The notes under the pieces: model-generated | Database searches by the model: none | Told to the model about the DNA's origin: nothing | Seen by the model: the letters and a program-made list of their open reading frames with translations, nothing else | DNA from: Nemertoderma westbladi | Taxonomy: Eukaryota; Animalia; Xenacoelomorpha | Direction of reading: 5' to 3' | Assembly: GCA_032718475.1 (NCBI GenBank) | Contig: JAUCBJ010004959.1 | Span: 24,305-88,304, forward strand | DNA length: 64,000 nucleotides | In this document: positions 61,642-64,000 of the stretch, piece after piece | How positions within the stretch are numbered: the first letter of the stretch is position 1 | Layout: every line of letters begins with the position of its first letter | Made by a program: the position numbers and the translations under genes

Positions 61642-62768
61642 GGTTATATTGAAAAATATCGAGACATGAAAAATATCGCGAGTAAAAATATCGAGAGTAA
61701 AAATATCGAGAGTAAAAATATCGGGAGTAAAAATATCAGGAGTAAAAATATCGGGAGTAAAAATATCGCGAGTAAAAATATCGGGAGTAAAAATATCGAG
61801 TGTAAAAATATCGAGAGTAAAAATATCGAGAGTAAAAATATCGATAGTAAAAATAACGCGCGAGTAAAATTAGCTATAATTTTTGGAATGAAACACTAGA
61901 GTACAGTAGCTACCAACGAAAACACTAGCTACAATAAACCACTCGCAGACTGAAATACCATATACCAATATCGGTTTGAATTTCCCGCCATTTGGGACAT
62001 TTATGTGTTTTATTTACACGGTAATATAATTATTTGCTAGCTACCATCTTACTATCAAAAGCTACAATGAAAACACTAATAAACATTGTTTATGTAAAAA
62101 CTCTATGTAGCTACAATGAAAATGCTAGGAAACTTTATAATACCATAGTGAAAATAAAATAAACAACGTCTTATTTATAAAAATTAATTTGTTTTATAGC
62201 TATAGGTGTGGTTTGTAAAACATTAGCTACCATAAAAATTTATTCGATATTTTTACTCTCGATATTTTCGATATTTTTCATCACGCGATATTTTTACTCT
62301 CGATATTTTTACTCTCGATATTTTTTAATCGCGATATTTTTACTCTCGATATTTTTACTCTTGATATTTTTACTCTCGATATTTTTACTCTCGATATTTT
62401 TACTCTCGATATTTTTACTCTCGATATTTTTACTCTCGATATTTTTACTCTCGATATTTTTACTCTCGATATTTTTCAACACTCGATATTTTTACTCTCG
62501 ATATTTTTACTCTCGATATTTTTACTCTCGATATTTTTACTCTCGATATTTTTACTCTCGATATTTTTACTCTCGATATTTTTCAACACTCGATATTTTT
62601 ACTCTCGATATTTTTCAACACTCGATATTTTTACTCTCGATATTTTTACTCTCGATATTTTTCAACACTCGATATTTTTACTCTCGATATTTTTCAACAC
62701 TCGATATTTTTACTCTCGATATTTTTACTCTCGATATTTTTCAGGTCTCGATATTTTTAACCTATACC
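61642..62768. mobile_element. Foldback/MULE-like MITE with inverted 15-bp arrays
   Basis: Left (AAAAATATCGAGAGT)n at 61652-61860, right (ACTCTCGATATTTTT)n at 62245-62757. GGT...ACC termini; both flanks share AGTTCA. Confidence 0.8.
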
Positions 62769-64000
62769 AGTTCACCATTATTAATATTTATGCCACCATT
62801 TTCCTCTTTGCCGCATGTTTCCTCCATAGAATTTACTACAAAGAAAATGAATTATTTAATAGAAATGAATGAATTGGTTTTCTACAGTATAAAGATAAAT
62901 ATATAATTGTACCTGTATATTTTTACTGTAGGCCCTACATCCATTTTTTTTTGCAACATAGTTACTGTAGTTATAGGCCTAGGCCTACAGATAGAAAGAA
63001 CGTACAGAAAGGCTTATGACTCTGACTAAGTTACAGGCCTCCTCCCTATGACTTGATGACAATGGAATTAATAATTCCACCATTATAAATTCACAAACGT
63101 TATGTGGGTTGTTGTTGGTCAGGCAGTACAATAGGCCACAGATGTCAATAATAGCCAGAATCCCACCGTTGTGTTGCAATGACATATTCCAGCCAACCCA
63201 ATTAATTATTGCTTTTGTGTCCAATGTTATTTATTTATGTTTTGATTCATTTTTACAATAATTATTTATAATCGTTTGTTGTTATTGTTTTTACGGCACC
63301 AATATTCCAGTTCATCTGTTTAATGCTTATTATGAGCCTGCTGAGGTAAGACAATGTTATTATATCACAGCTAATATTGTTCGGCCTACAGAGTCTAGGA
63401 TAAATGATATTGTATTATTAACAATATTACTGCAGGGTCTATTACATAATATTGTAAAAATACATATTTTTCTCAATTTTAATTTAAATACCATATAAGT
63501 TTTTTCAAAGGAATTCAACACTAATAAAAGTGTGATTAGGCCTACACTGAAAACTTGTGTTATCATGTCCGTTGAACAAACGGACATGACACCTTATAGG
63601 CCGACACCACGAAAAATGTATTATAAATTATAATTCATTATTTATTATTACCGTTGACGTGTTATTAATAATAATTGTCAATGACAAATTCAATATTTAG
63701 GCCTACAGTATTTTTCAAATATTGCTTATTAGGACTTTGAATTTTATAAATTTTATACATTTTTTTAATATTTTCTATCTTGAACTACTGTATAATACAG
63801 AAAACTACCACGGTAGCATGGATGGGGCATTACATAGTATATATTAATTTATTGACCGAATGTTTTCTTTACAATAGTAAAGGTACTGTAATACCGCAAT
63901 AATGTCTTATAAACACAATTCAGTCCATTATATAAAATGTACCAAATATAAATTAGGCTTACGTATTGAACTGCTTACATACAGTAGATAATAATAATAC

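Noticed and set aside
61666-62906. ORFs 61666-61899 and 62208-62906 as repeat or membrane proteins
   Set aside because: Translations of the 15-bp MITE arrays.

Overview
AT-rich, transposon-littered animal (metazoan) genomic DNA. Host genes all lie on the + strand: a 5'-truncated ankyrin (partial ZU5, UPA, death domain, C-terminal tail) created by a ~5.17-kb tandem duplication, decaying Ca-binding EGF exons, a GPI-anchored 10-Cys Ly6/uPAR-like protein, a transposon-split C2H2 zinc-finger pseudogene, MFF, MRPL37 and SLC35F3/4. The conserved genes have no introns in their coding regions. The centrepiece is a complete 14,868-bp BEL/Pao LTR retrotransposon (32533-47400; 544-bp LTRs with about 4 mismatches; GGCTC target-site duplication). 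Its gag-pol is disrupted, it has no TGG tRNA primer-binding site, and in the env position it carries an intact 848-aa ORF that reads as a WRN/EXD/MUT-7-type DEDDy 3'-5' exonuclease followed by three CCHC zinc knuckles. The rest of the window is MITEs, two piggyBac-like non-autonomous copies, LINE and SINE remnants and tandem arrays. All family calls are by-eye motif recognition; no database searches were run.
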